Positions 11,001 through 23,400 of a DNA stretch of 64,000 nucleotides are shown piece after piece. Each line of letters begins with the position of its first letter. Within the stretch, counting starts at the first letter, position 1. The notes under the pieces were generated by a model. That model made no database searches, had not been told where the DNA came from, and worked only from the letters and a program-made list of their open reading frames with translations. The DNA is taken from positions 6,253-70,252 of IMG/VR virus record IMGVR_UViG_3300009184_000041, one strand, 5' to 3'. The position numbers and the translations under genes are program-made. The DNA is from a virus.

Positions 11001-11458
11001 GTACCGAATACCAGTCGCTAGAAGATTATAAAATGATTTCAGACAACATTGTGGTCAATTCAGTGATATTCAAACCATTGTTTGGTGCCAAGGCAGCCGC
11101 AGAACTTCGTGCCACAATCAAAGTGATCCGTGCGCAAAATTCAAACGCCAGCACCAGCGAAATCAAAAGTTCAGTGCTGGCAGAGATGAACAACTATTTC
11201 TCCATTGACAAATGGAACTTTGGAGACACATTCTACTTCAGTGAGTTGGCAGCATATTTGCACAGCCAGCTGGGCACAATTATCAGTTCAGTGGTACTAG
11301 TGCCCTTGGACCAACAAAAGAGTTTTGGTGATCTGTATGAAATCCGCAGCCAACCAAACGAAATTTTTGCCAATGGTGCTACCATTGACAATATTGATGT
11401 AATTGAAGCATTGACCAGCACCAACTTGCGTACTGCCCCAGGCAGCGGAGTAATTTAA
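8003..11458 (+). CDS. gp6: Baseplate wedge subunit gp6-like (extended)
   Basis: DFETLRKSFIDYLR...FNDYIESSEFIALLD...ENYIDTAERRDSV; FGDGVFSEIP; EIKQRAPARYYTQNRMVNGEDY. Confidence 0.85.
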   Translation: MATTTRQTAIFGVEDWKQIYQTYREADFQSYDFETLRKSFIDYLRLYYPETFNDYIESSEFIALLDVMAFMGQALAFRTDLNTRENYIDTAERRDSVTRLANLVSYTAKRNTAAEGYLKVFNVTTTENVVDYNGVNLSNVTINWADPTNPDWQEQFTAIINASLVDSQRVGRPGNRQTILGVNTAEYAINLVPGFLPVIPYNATVDGINMPFEAMTSTSAGRDYVYEPAPTPSTSFNVLYRNDQLGYQSANTGYFFLFKQGVLQNQDFNLAERIANRTVDINIEGVNNQDRWLFQLDNVGNIAREWQFVENVYTAAAQRNNVLQPIYSVTSRANDQITMVFGDGVFSEIPVGTYRAYVRASNGLQYIINPEEMQNVVLPISYTDRNGNLQTITFTCGITRPVSNSQAREPIAEIKQRAPARYYTQNRMVNGEDYTLFPYTQYNSIIKSKALNRASIGTSRYLDLVDNTGKYSSTNTFSSDGGLWRQNILPTILFSWTNRNEIADVITNQVQPDIGSATVRQFYYANFPRITSTTTPNGITWLPNYQWHQSTTLANETTGYFTNATGTPIPIGVTTTTMFQYAIVGSLIKFVPPTGYYFDRNNKLVQGSPTRADERLEIWASPQQIVGDGYNNGVGNLTTGAGPVTINNFVPTGALVDTIIPLFVTDLPNAVEQAMAEQILLYRNFGLGYDSNGDITGTPYTWYLITQQNLDAYSQTNSAPWSQQFAGDTSGANKDASWMVQFVVQNQNYTITFRGLSYNFGSVLQTRFFFYEDQLVYDSRTGTIIKDFINVLSVNTQPDSTNPLPGDIYTTIIGQPVESDGYVDDFQVLVSYRDSDNDGVPDNPDFFDEIVGTATAAGPYVFLQQTVDFDNLQRYLLVEQDRVTYDYGTLDEIELAKTEWTPGQVFYAYNEDAFYELSISTTGVRTIVAVSGWIAKIGRQNLYFQYRHNSPLTNRIDPGSTNIIDLYVVTQNYYTAYQNWLRDTTGTVIEPAVPTINELSTEYQSLEDYKMISDNIVVNSVIFKPLFGAKAAAELRATIKVIRAQNSNASTSEIKSSVLAEMNNYFSIDKWNFGDTFYFSELAAYLHSQLGTIISSVVLVPLDQQKSFGDLYEIRSQPNEIFANGATIDNIDVIEALTSTNLRTAPGSGVI

Positions 11459-14400
11459 TGGCACGAACCAGATCAGTTGATTTTTTACCAGAGATTTTTA
11501 GAACTCCAGTTAACAAGCAGTTTTTGGCTGCCACACTGGATCAAATGGTTCAAGAACCCAAGTTTAAAAAGACACAGGGTTTTATTGGACGCACTGTGGG
11601 TCCAGGGGTCAACCCCAATGACAAGTATGTGGTTGAACCCAGCGAAGTACGTCAAGAGTATCAGTTAGAACCTGGTGTTGTGAGTTTGGTACCAGACACA
11701 AAAACAATTAAAAATGTCATTACCTATCCAGGCATGAATGATGCCATTGGATTTCAAGGTGGCAATGAGAATCGTGCTGACCAGCTGTACAACAGTGAAT
11801 ACTATACCTGGGACCCATTTGTTGACTATGACAGTTTCATCAACTTTAGCCAATACTTTTGGTTGCCCAGCGGTCCAGAAACTGTGGATGTTGCTGCACT
11901 TGGTGTGCCCACCAATGACAATTTTGTAGTCAATAGAGAAAATGGCGTTTACACTTTTTCAGGATTGGCCGGCGATAACCCCATTATAGATCTAGTGCGT
12001 GGCGGCAGTTACACATTCCAGGTGGCACAAAACGCCAAAGAAACTGTGAACTACCGTGTGACCAACAATGGCATCACGTCTTATCAAATTGATTTTCAAC
12101 CCAACCCAACACTGACCCTGACTCGTGGCAATACCTATGTGTTTAACATCACACTCAATGGTGTTTATCCATTCTGGATCAAAACTGCCCTGAGTCTTGG
12201 CACCGCTGATGCCTACAACTCTGGCGTATTACGCAATGGTAGCAGTTTTGGTCTTGTGACATTTACAGTGCCACAAGATGCTCCTGACACACTGTATTAC
12301 GTTAGTGAAAATCAAACCAACTTGCGCGGTACTATCAACGTTGTTGATGGTACTCCAGGAACTGGCCCTGGATTTTGGATTCAGACATCTCCGGGTGTGG
12401 CAGGTGTTGTACCAACCACTCCTAATATCAGCAACCGAGATGTGTATGGCGTTGCCAACAATGGCGAAGATCTTGGTGTTGTGTCTTTTAACGTACCACA
12501 AAAAACAGCGCAACAATTCTACTATGATCTTCCTGATGTGGGGCCAATTGATTTGTTGACAGAATTAAAATTTGACCAAATCAACAATCAACCTTTGGAG
12601 CAGTTTATCGCCACATATGGCGGTATTGATGGCACCACATATCTTGACACTCGCACTTTAGTTTTTACAAATCCCATTGCCGACGACACCGATGGCGGTT
12701 GGTTAATAACTTCATTCTATGACCCATTGCCTAGATTAGATTCACAAAATGGTCAAGTGGGCAGTTATGACACAGTAAACTATGACCAAACTGACGTTGT
12801 ACCTATTGCAGACCGATATCAAGTGTGGCAAATCAGTATTGTAAATCGCAACGGCGTTGATTACATCAGCTTGTCTAAAATTGCTGATGTTGGACTCAAT
12901 CAAAAGTTCACCATCAGTTACGGCAATACCTATAGCAATACCAGCTGGTATAAAAACTCCACAGGATATTTTCAACGCATACCTCTGTTGACAGCAGTAT
13001 TCAACGAACTGTATTATCAAGACGGGACAGACCCTGCAATATTTGGTCGAATCAGATTGTTGGATCAAACAGAAACCAGCACACTTTTTATTGATCAAAT
13101 TGTTGGCCAAAAGAACTATACCAGTCCCAATGGGGTGACATTTACCAATGGACTCAAAGTACGTTTCACTGGTGATGTGTTGCCAGTGAATTACGGGTCA
13201 GGCACAACTACATTTACTTGTACTGCTACACAAGCAGGCAGTAACTATATCACATGCAGTTCAACCGCAGGGTTGTACGAAGGTGAGGAGATTGTATTTT
13301 CAGGTACCACTGCTGGCGGTATTGTGGCAGGTGTAACATATTATATTAAAACCATATCAGCCAATGGTATACAGTTTTCAATAGCCACAGTGGCTGATGG
13401 GGCAACTTTTGAATTGAGCACTGCCACAGTGGTAGGATTTACTGCTGTGGCATTTGCCAACAATGAATTTTATGTGGCAGGAGTGGGCACAGCAATTGAA
13501 TTGCTGCCAGTGCGGAACTTTATCACTCCTGAAACTTATGTGGTTGATGCTAAAGATAGCACCATTGCATCTGAACCTGGTGAAGTGGATTACCTTACTA
13601 TTGATCGTGCCAGCAAAGATCTAAACGCTTGGACTCGTAGCAATCGCTGGTTCCATGTGGATGTTATTCAAGCCAGTGCTGCTTACAACAACACCGTGAC
13701 CACACTGGACAACAACTATCGTGCCAAACGACCCATCATTAACTTTAGACCAAACATTAGATTATACAACTTTGGTACTCAAGGCAAGGACCCAGTTGAT
13801 ATCATTGACTTCTCAGCAACTGATGCATTCAGCAACATTGAAGGCAGTACAGGATACAGTGTAGATGGATACACATTTGTTGATGGCACACGAGTAATTT
13901 TTGCTGCTGACGCAGATCCTGATGTACGCAATAAGATTTATGTGGTGCAGTTTATCACACCAGACAGTGTGGCACCATTGATTGCACAACCTATTATTAA
14001 TCTTGTAGTGGCCAGTGACGGAGTAGTGTTGGTTGATCAGACCACAGTTTGCCTCAACGGTACCACGCAAAAAGGTTTGTCATTTTGGTACGATGGTGTT
14101 GAATGGACCGAAGCACAACAAAAAACTGGTGTACAACAAGCACCATTGTTTGATGTGTATGACTTGTCTGGCATCAGTTTTGGCAACCGAGCCAAGTATC
14201 CATCCAGCACATTTACGGGCAGCAAGTTGTTTAGTTACGCCGTGGGCGACACAGGCATACTTGATCCTATTTTACAATTCCCACTACAATATTTGAACAT
14301 CAACAACGTTGGTGATATTGTGTTTGAAAACAATCTCTACAAAGATACATTCTTGTATGTAGAAGACAATGTTTCTATTACATCAGACATCAGTTCAGGT

Positions 14401-17400
14401 GTGGCCAGAGAATATGTAGACCGTACAGTGTTTGACAAACTCATTGGTTGGCAAACTGCTGCTGCAACCAGCCAACAATACCAACAATTTAAATTTACCT
14501 ATACTGGTCAATCATTAAAGTTAGATGTAGCAGTAGGAACCACTACAGTATTGCCTCCAATTAAAATTTATGTAAGCTCAGAATTTATTCAACCCAGCAA
14601 ATACAGTTATATTGTAAGCACTGACAGCACTAGTATTACTTTAACTGATACATATTTGCCCACAGATGTTATTGAAGTATTGGTATTGAGTGATCAAACC
14701 AGTGCTACTGCGTTTTATCAAGTACCGATCAATTTACAAAACAATCCGCTGAACAACAACAGTCCTAGTTTTACACTGGGTACTATTCGTACTCAATATG
14801 AAACCATCTGCGAAAACTTATCTAGCAAATTAGTGGGCCCAATCAATGGTGCCAACAACACCAGAGACCTGAGCAATATTGTGCCTTACGGCGCTACTAT
14901 ACTGCAACAAAGCGCACCTATGACCCTGGCCGGATATTTCTTGCGCAGCGAAGCATACAATATTTTTTCAAGTTTGCAGTTCAACAGCCAAGAATATTTG
15001 AAATTCAAAGGTCAACTACTGAACGCCGCCACTCAACAAGTGGTACAGAATCAAACTGCCGGTGAAGTACTCGATACTGCCTTGGCAGATATCACATTGG
15101 GACGAGTAGAATCACAGCCATTCTACTGGAGCGACATGATTCCCGCAGGGTCTGTATATCAACAAACTTCATACACTGTGTCAAATACCACATCAACAGT
15201 ATTTGATACCATACAAGTTTACAACTACACTTCGGCCAACTACTTTGGTATGAATGTTTATTTGAATGGTGTTATTCTTTTGCGCGATAGAGATTACATA
15301 GTGGCCACTGACGGTCCTCGCATCACAGTGCTGGTAGATCTTGTGCTGGGCGACCAACTGCTATTGAAAGAATACAATGCAACTTATGGTAGTTTTGTTC
15401 CAAACACTCCTTCTAAACTGGGCTTGTATCCTGCTTACCGCCCAGAGATTGAGGTACAAAAAACCAGCAATGGAACTCAAACTGTTATCATTGGTCACGA
15501 CGGTAGTGTAACAAAAACGTTTGGCGATATTCGCGACAGTGTGCTGCTAGAGTTTGAAACACGCATTTTCAACAATCTCAAACTGGACGGCAATCCTGTG
15601 CCACTGTCAGTCACTGATGTGTTGCCAGGGCAATTTAGAACCACCGGTTACAGCATCAATGATATCAACAACATATTGGCAACAGACTTTTTGAGTTACG
15701 TGGCCTGGAACAAACTAGATTATCGAACACAAAACTATTCTGTTGCCAATGAGTTTTCTTGGAACTACAGCAGCAGCCAAAGCAAATTAGACAATGCCAC
15801 ATTACCAGGTGCCTGGCGTGGTATCTATCGCTACTACTACGACACCCAACAACCTGAACTAACTCCTTGGGAAATGTTGGGATTCACAATTCGTCCTGAC
15901 TGGTGGATTGACAACTACGGCCCTGGACCTTACACACAAGATAACTTGGTGCTATGGGATGATTTAGAAGCTGGTTATGTAGCAGATCCAGTGGCACCTT
16001 ACTACTTGCCCAAATATGCTCGCCCAGGATTGACCACGGTGATACCCACAGGTACAGAAGGCGAGCTGATCAGTCCTTTTGACAGTGTGGTAGGAAACTA
16101 CAACGAAAATACTTTCCGTAAGAGTTGGGCTGTGGGCGATGGTGGTCCTGTAGAAGCATCATGGTGGAATTCAAGTGCATATCCATTTGCTGTCATGCGA
16201 CTGTTGGCATTGACTCGTCCTGCTAAATTCTTTGCACTTTTTGCTGATCGTGATTTGTACAAGTTTGATACTGATTTAAATCAATATCTCTACAACAATC
16301 GTTATCGTCTCAATGCCAAAGACCTTGTGATCTATGGCAACGGCATCAGCAAAGCCAGTTACATCGATTGGATTGTAGATTACAACCGCCAAAGTGGTTT
16401 AGATAGCACCGCTGACCTCACGGCTGATCTTGGAGCATTGGACGTTAGATTGTGCTATAGAATGGCCAGCTTTTCAGACAAACAATATATCAAAATATAC
16501 ACTGAAAAATCCAGTCCTAACTCAACCAACACAACTTTTTTGATTCCCGATGAAAGTTATGATTTGTTGTTGTACAAGAATCAACCATTTGACCGTGCCA
16601 GTTATTCGTCAGTTGTGGTACAAAAAGTTGCAGGCGGATATGCAGTGTTTGGTTACAGCACCACGCAACCGTATTTTAATGTGATACAAAGTCAATACAC
16701 TGGACAACTACAGACTTACAGTGCTGGAGGTGCAACAGTTCGTGTGCCCACCTTCTACACCAATACAATAACACAGATACCTTACGGTTATATTTTTGCA
16801 GACGAAACGTCAGTGTCAGATTTCTTGTTGAGTTATGGCAAATATTTAGAACGCCAAGGTTTGACTTTTGAAGATGTTGTCAATGGTTATATTTTGACCT
16901 GGGGGCAAATGGTCAATGAATTCCTATACTGGAGTCAACAAGGATGGGACGAACAGGCACTGATCAATCTCAATCCATTGGCGTTTAAACTCAGCATTTC
17001 TCGTGATCAGGCCGTGGTCGACAGCATTCAAGCACAAACTGCTGATAACATATTGTTGGACCAAAACAAAAAAGAACTGCCAACTCGCAATTTGATTATT
17101 ACTCGAATTGACAATACCTTTACTTGCGAACCTGCCACAGATCAAACATTGAGCTATATTGATTTGAAATACACTTCCTATGAGCACATGATTGTGTTAA
17201 ACAATGCCAGTGTTTTTGGTGATTTGATTTATCAACCTACCACTGGTGCTCGTCAAAGTCGTTTGAATCTAGTTGCTGTAACTTCAACCGAATGGAATGG
17301 CAATGTGGATGCACAAGGCTTTATTCTCAATCAAAACAATATCGAAGAGTGGAATTCATATTCCACATATACCAAAGGGCAGATTGTCAAATACAAAGGG

Positions 17401-20400
17401 GCATATTGGTCAGCGGCCAGTATTATACAGCCTACCATGGTATTCAACGCCAACGACTGGTTGGTCAGCGACTACACACAGATTGAACTGGGTCTGCTGC
17501 CTAACTTGGCCAACAAAGCAAACCAACTGCAAAACAGTTACAACATCAACACAGCCAATCTTGAATCAGACAACGACTTGTTGAGTTATGGATTGATTGG
17601 GTTCCGCCCTCGACAATATATGACATCTCTGAACCTTGACGATGTCAGCCAGTTAAACGTATACAGACAATTCCTTGGCAGCAAAGGTACCATACTCAGC
17701 GCCGAGTTGTTTGCACAGGCCAACCTTGGCAAAGAATCTGCTGATTACAGTATCTATGAGAACTGGGCTGTACAACGTGCAGTGTACGGAGCCAATGCCA
17801 ACCGCAGTTTCTTTCAGTTGCGATTGAATCGTGCATTGTTGGATTCCAATCCCAGTTTGGTACAGATTATCAATCCGCAAGAAACCAGCCAAGCAGATCA
17901 AACAATTTTAGTGTCAGACATCTGGAGAGAAAGTTATAACATTACTTCCCCAGATATACTGCCCACTACTACCACACTGCCTACAGACACTGCATTACCA
18001 AGTGCAGGCTATGTAAATCTTGACGATGTTGATATCACAGTGTTTGACATTGACAATTCAGACAGTCTGGCCGCTAACATTGACAGCATCGGAGTTGGCA
18101 CCAATATTTGGGTTGCCAAAACCAATGCATACGATTGGGCAATTTATAGATCACAAGCAGTACCTGGAGTTATTGCACACGTTTGTGACAATTTAGACGG
18201 CACCAGTTTGGTTATTTTTACAAAACAACATGGACTTGCTGTAGATAATAAATTAATCATACGTTTCTTTGATGCTGAAGTCAATGGTGTTTACACTGTT
18301 CTCAGCGTGGTAGATCTCAACACAGTTACTATTGCATTTAGTTTTGTGGGTGATCGTACCGTGGTCAACGGCACAGGTCTTGGATTTACACTGGAAACGC
18401 AGCGTGTGGCACAGGCCAGCGATGTTTTGAATCTACCATATGCCAACACCATTGCCCCGGGTGCCAAAGTTTGGGTGGACGATAATGGCGCGGGCTTATG
18501 GACTGTGTTACAAAAACAAGAAGTGTTTACTGAACTGCTGGGGTTAAGCCCATCAGAAGTAGACGAAGGCGAACAATACGGTAGCGCAGTAGCACAAGCA
18601 CAAAATCGCTTTGCTGCCTTGGTAGGCAGTCCACGATATCGTTTCCCTGTGGGTGCAACAAAATGGAACATTGCCAACGAATACGTAGAAGATGCCATTG
18701 TGTATGTGCCAGATCCTTATCAAACTGAATTTTACATTGCCAATGTTGGCGGAACACCTGCACCTGTACCACAAGGCATCAGCATTTACAATACCGCATA
18801 CTGGACTCCTTACTCATTGAATACATTGCCCAAACGTGGTGGTATGTACGTGTATGTCAAGAGTGACAGCAATGTATACGCACCAATCAGTCCACTGGCA
18901 CCTCTGGATTCTGTACTGAGTCTAGCCGTCACAGACAAGAGTGGCGGATTGTATGATGGCGAATCGGCTGCTCGTGGTTATGGTACCAGTGTGGACTTTG
19001 GCAATCAATCCTGGGCAGCAGCCGGTGCACCCGGCAGTTTGGGTGCCAATGGTATGCCCAACAATGGATATGCTGTGGTCATCTACAAAGACCCACAACT
19101 GTCCGCACCGGGTAATATCCCTTACGGACAGTGGCAACTACTTACATCTCCAAACTCAATCACTGCGCCTGAAGAATTTGGTCAAAATGTTGCTGTGAGC
19201 TTGGACGAACGCTGGCTGTATGTTGGTGCGCCAGGCGCCAATGCAGTGTATGCATATGGTCGAGTTGACTGGGAACGTCAACGTTTGCAAACTCTAGGCG
19301 ATGGCGCAACCACAAGTTATTTCATTGGCGATACAATCAAAATTGATGCCAACACACAACTGACTGTGAGTGTTGCTGGTGATGAACAAGTGCTGGGCAC
19401 CAATTACACAGTGGTCAACTCATTCACTGCGGTGGTGTTTGCCACAGCGCCTGCTGCGGGCGACGCAATCGAAATCATTAGAACCAGCCGTAAACTGCTG
19501 GACTATCAAGTGTATTATGGAGTGGCAGGCACTGGCGGGTCAGGATCAAATGCAACTTTTGTTGTGACTCGTGTCAGAGGAACAGTCACAGTCAGCATTG
19601 AAAACGGCGGTACAGCTTACACCACAGGCAATACCATAACAATTCCAGCAGCAAGTTTTGGTGGCGGCTCAAGTCCGGCTAACAATATAACTTTTACCAT
19701 CACAGCAAACAGCGGAGTTATTGTTGCAATCAATGGAACACCAAGCTACACTCCGCCTCCATTGACAGTGTCATTCTCGTTGAATGAATACTTCTACACT
19801 GTGGACAACTTGTACAGTTTTTCAGTGTTAGTTGATGATGTGTTACAACGTCCTGAAATTGACTACATCTTCAGTGGCGACAGCACCTTGGGCAATGACC
19901 TAACATTCTTGAATTCTCCAGCAGCTGGTTCTACCATACTGGTACGTGCCGAAGGGTACTTTCAGTATGCAGGCACAATCTCCAATGCTGGCAGTGTAGC
20001 AGGCGATGACTTTGGTTACTCAGTCAGCACCAGCACAGACGGTCGACAAGTGCTGATCGGAGCACCCAACAACACAGTCAATGGTGATGTTGAAGCCGGC
20101 ACTGTGTATGTGTATGACCGAGATGTTCAACGTTTTATCTACGGCACTGATGCATCAAGTGTGACATTCACTGTGTTAGGCTCAGTGTCTGCACCAGTCA
20201 GTGTGTTGGTCAACAACACATTCCTGGTCAACGAGCAAGCAGCCGCTCCCAATCAAACCAACACTTTTGCGGTAAGTGGTAATACCATTACTATTCTAGC
20301 TGATCTGCAAGTGGGCGATATCATTGAAATTGAAACCAATAGATTCAGTCTGGTTCAAGAAATAGCTCAAGACACTGTGGCAGAGTTTAGTAACTATGGC

Positions 20401-23400
20401 TATGACACTGACCTGTGCAGTTACAATTGCAGTCTGTACGTAGGTGCACCCAACAGCAGTGTACAACAATTCAAAGCTGGTGCAGTTGAACGTAGTGTCA
20501 ATCAAAGTCGCGCATTTGGTATCACTACCAACACAGTGGCCAATGCAGTGCTGACCAGTGGAAACACACTACGAGTCAACAATCAAGATGTTGCGGTACC
20601 TGGTTCTTGGAATAATTCAACTGTGTATGCTACAAACACTGTGGTGTATAACACTGACAACAGTGTAACTACCATTTACTTGAGTCTGCAATCAGTACCA
20701 GCAGGCACAGCACTGACCAATACTTCATATTGGAAAACAATTACCACCACCACAATCACTGCCAGCGCACAAGTGCGCAGTTTAGCCGCACAAATCAATG
20801 CGGAGGTGCCCAATGTACAAGCCACAGTTGATGCCACAGGGTACTTGACCATTGCTGTTAAAAATTCAGCTGCTGCACCTGTGGGCAACAAATTAAATGT
20901 AGCTCCGGGTTCTGTTGGCACTGCATTTGCTGATCTTGTTTTTGAAACATTTGTGTTTACACAAACTATTGTGAGTCCATATCCTGTGGACTTTGCTGGA
21001 TTTGGAACCAGTGTCAGCATTGATGACAGTGCTGTGAATTTGGTAGTTGGATCACCGCGTGGCACACTGTATTTGATCACGGTGTGGGACTTGAATACCA
21101 CGGTGTGGGATGAAGGTGCTACAGATTTCTTTGATCAAGTGCTTCAAAGTGGAGCAGTTTACACCTATGACTTGTTGTCAAGTTCCAGCTCATCAGTGGC
21201 CAATCCTGACAAGTTTGTGTTTGGCCAACAAATTGATAATCCAGACATACAATCATATGATCAATACGGTGCTGCTGTTGACTACACCGACGGGGTGTTG
21301 TTTACCGGTGCACCAGGCAACGAATTAGAAGACAGTACAATGTTGGCCAACTATGGCCGCGTGTTTGTCAGCAGCAATGACGCTCGCACCCCTGCGTGGA
21401 CAGTATTGAGAGAAGAACGCCCAGTGGTGGATATTAGACTGTTGAATTCTGTGTATTCTTATGATAGAATCACATCAGCCACCACACAGTACTATGACTT
21501 CTTTGACCCATTACAAGGAAAAATTCTTGGCGCAGCCCGTCAGAATTTAGACTATATTGGAGCAGTGGATCCTGCCAGTTACAATGTGGGACCAGTTGGT
21601 ATTCGTGGCACCACCTGGGGCCAAGACCGCGTGGGCGAAACTTGGTGGGATACCAGCACAGTGAGATTCATTGATCCCAACCAAGATGACATTGTGTATG
21701 CCAGCCGCCGTTGGGGACAAACATTCCCAGGCAGCAGTGTAGATGTTTATCAATGGATTGTTAGTCCAAACACTCCTTCAAACTACGTTGGTGAAGGCAT
21801 ACCATTGAACACCGTCAGTTACGTTGTAAACACAGTGCTGAGTAAAAATGGAGTGTTTACCACAGAATATTATTTCTGGGTCCGCGGCATTACCACAACT
21901 GCCACACAAAAAGGCAAAACATTGCCAGTGAGCACTGTGGCTAATTATATTGAGAACCCCAGAGGATCAGGCATTGCCTATTTGGCACCCATCAATTCCA
22001 GTACCATTGCACTGTATAATGCTGGTGATTTTATTGAAGCCGAAGATACAATTATTAGCATTGAATTTGACAAAGAACTTACCAACGATAACGTTCATGT
22101 TGAATACGAGTTAATTGCACAAGACCGTGAAGACTCATTTATTAGCAGTAACTTGTATCGCAAAATGCAAGACAGTTTCTGCGGGGTAGACACACAAGGT
22201 AACCTAGTGCCAGACATTAATCTTGGTGTGGCAGAACGATATGGTGTACAATTCCGCCCACGTCAAAGCATGTTTGTGGATAGATTTGCCGCACTAAAAA
22301 ATTATCTAACTCGTGTTAATTCAGTGTTGTCTTTGTATGCAATTTCTGAAAGTCGTCAATTTAATTTGCTAAACAGCAGTGAGCCTGAACCCAGTGCAGG
22401 ATCTGGCGAATGGAACAAGCGTGTGGCCAACTTGGAAATTTTAGGCTTCCAAAATATTAACATTGTGCCGTTGGGTTACAAATATCTAGTGGTCAGCGAT
22501 TCAAGCAACCGAGGATTGTGGACAATTTATCAAGTTGAACAACGAGTTACTATTGCCGGCACAGTAAGAGTATTGCAATTGACTCGTGTGCAAAATTATG
22601 ACACAGCTCAGTACTGGAGTTATATTAACTGGTATCTACCAGGGTATAACAGCAGCAGCAAAATTATTGCTGAAGTTTCTTCAGTGTCAGCATTAAACAC
22701 CCTGGATGTTACTGTAGGCAGCAGTGTCAAAGTCACTGCCAATAGCCAAGGTAAGTTTGAGATCTATCTTCGTACTGACACTGGATTTGACCGCGTGGGA
22801 TTACAAGATGGCACAATTGAATTTTCTGCAGAATTATGGGATTATGCTATCGGACGATTTGGGTTTGACGTTGAAGTATTTGATGCACAGTACTATGATC
22901 AAGAGCCAGTGATTGAAACTCGTAAGATTATCCAGGCCATCAATGAAGAACTGTTCATTGATGATCTACAGATTGAACGAAACCGTAGTTTAACGTCAAT
23001 GTTCAACTTTGTGCTCAGTGAATTTGCTGCACCTGAGTGGTTGATTAAAACGTCATTGATTGATGTTGAACACAGAATTCGTAGTTTGACTCCTTTCCAA
23101 AACTACAGCCGTGACAACCAAGAGTTTGTGTTGGACTACATTCAAGAAGTCAAACCTTACCATGTGCAAATTCGTGAGTTTAACTTGCGATACAACGGTT
23201 TTGATCAATGGTTTGGAGATATGACTGACTTTGATGTGCCAGCATACTACAATACCAGTTTGCAAGTTCCGCAGTTCACCAGCCCAATATTGTTGCCATA
23301 TGATCACGGTACGGCATTCAACTCTGAGACCAATGTTCTCAGCGACTTGCCATCTAATTCCACAGTGTGGAGTTCATGGCCATACAGTCAATGGTTTGGA

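Noticed and set aside
21078-21110. 12-nt direct repeat cacggtgtggga x2
   Set aside because: Encodes a short TVWD peptide repeat; only two copies, not a CRISPR or DGR element.
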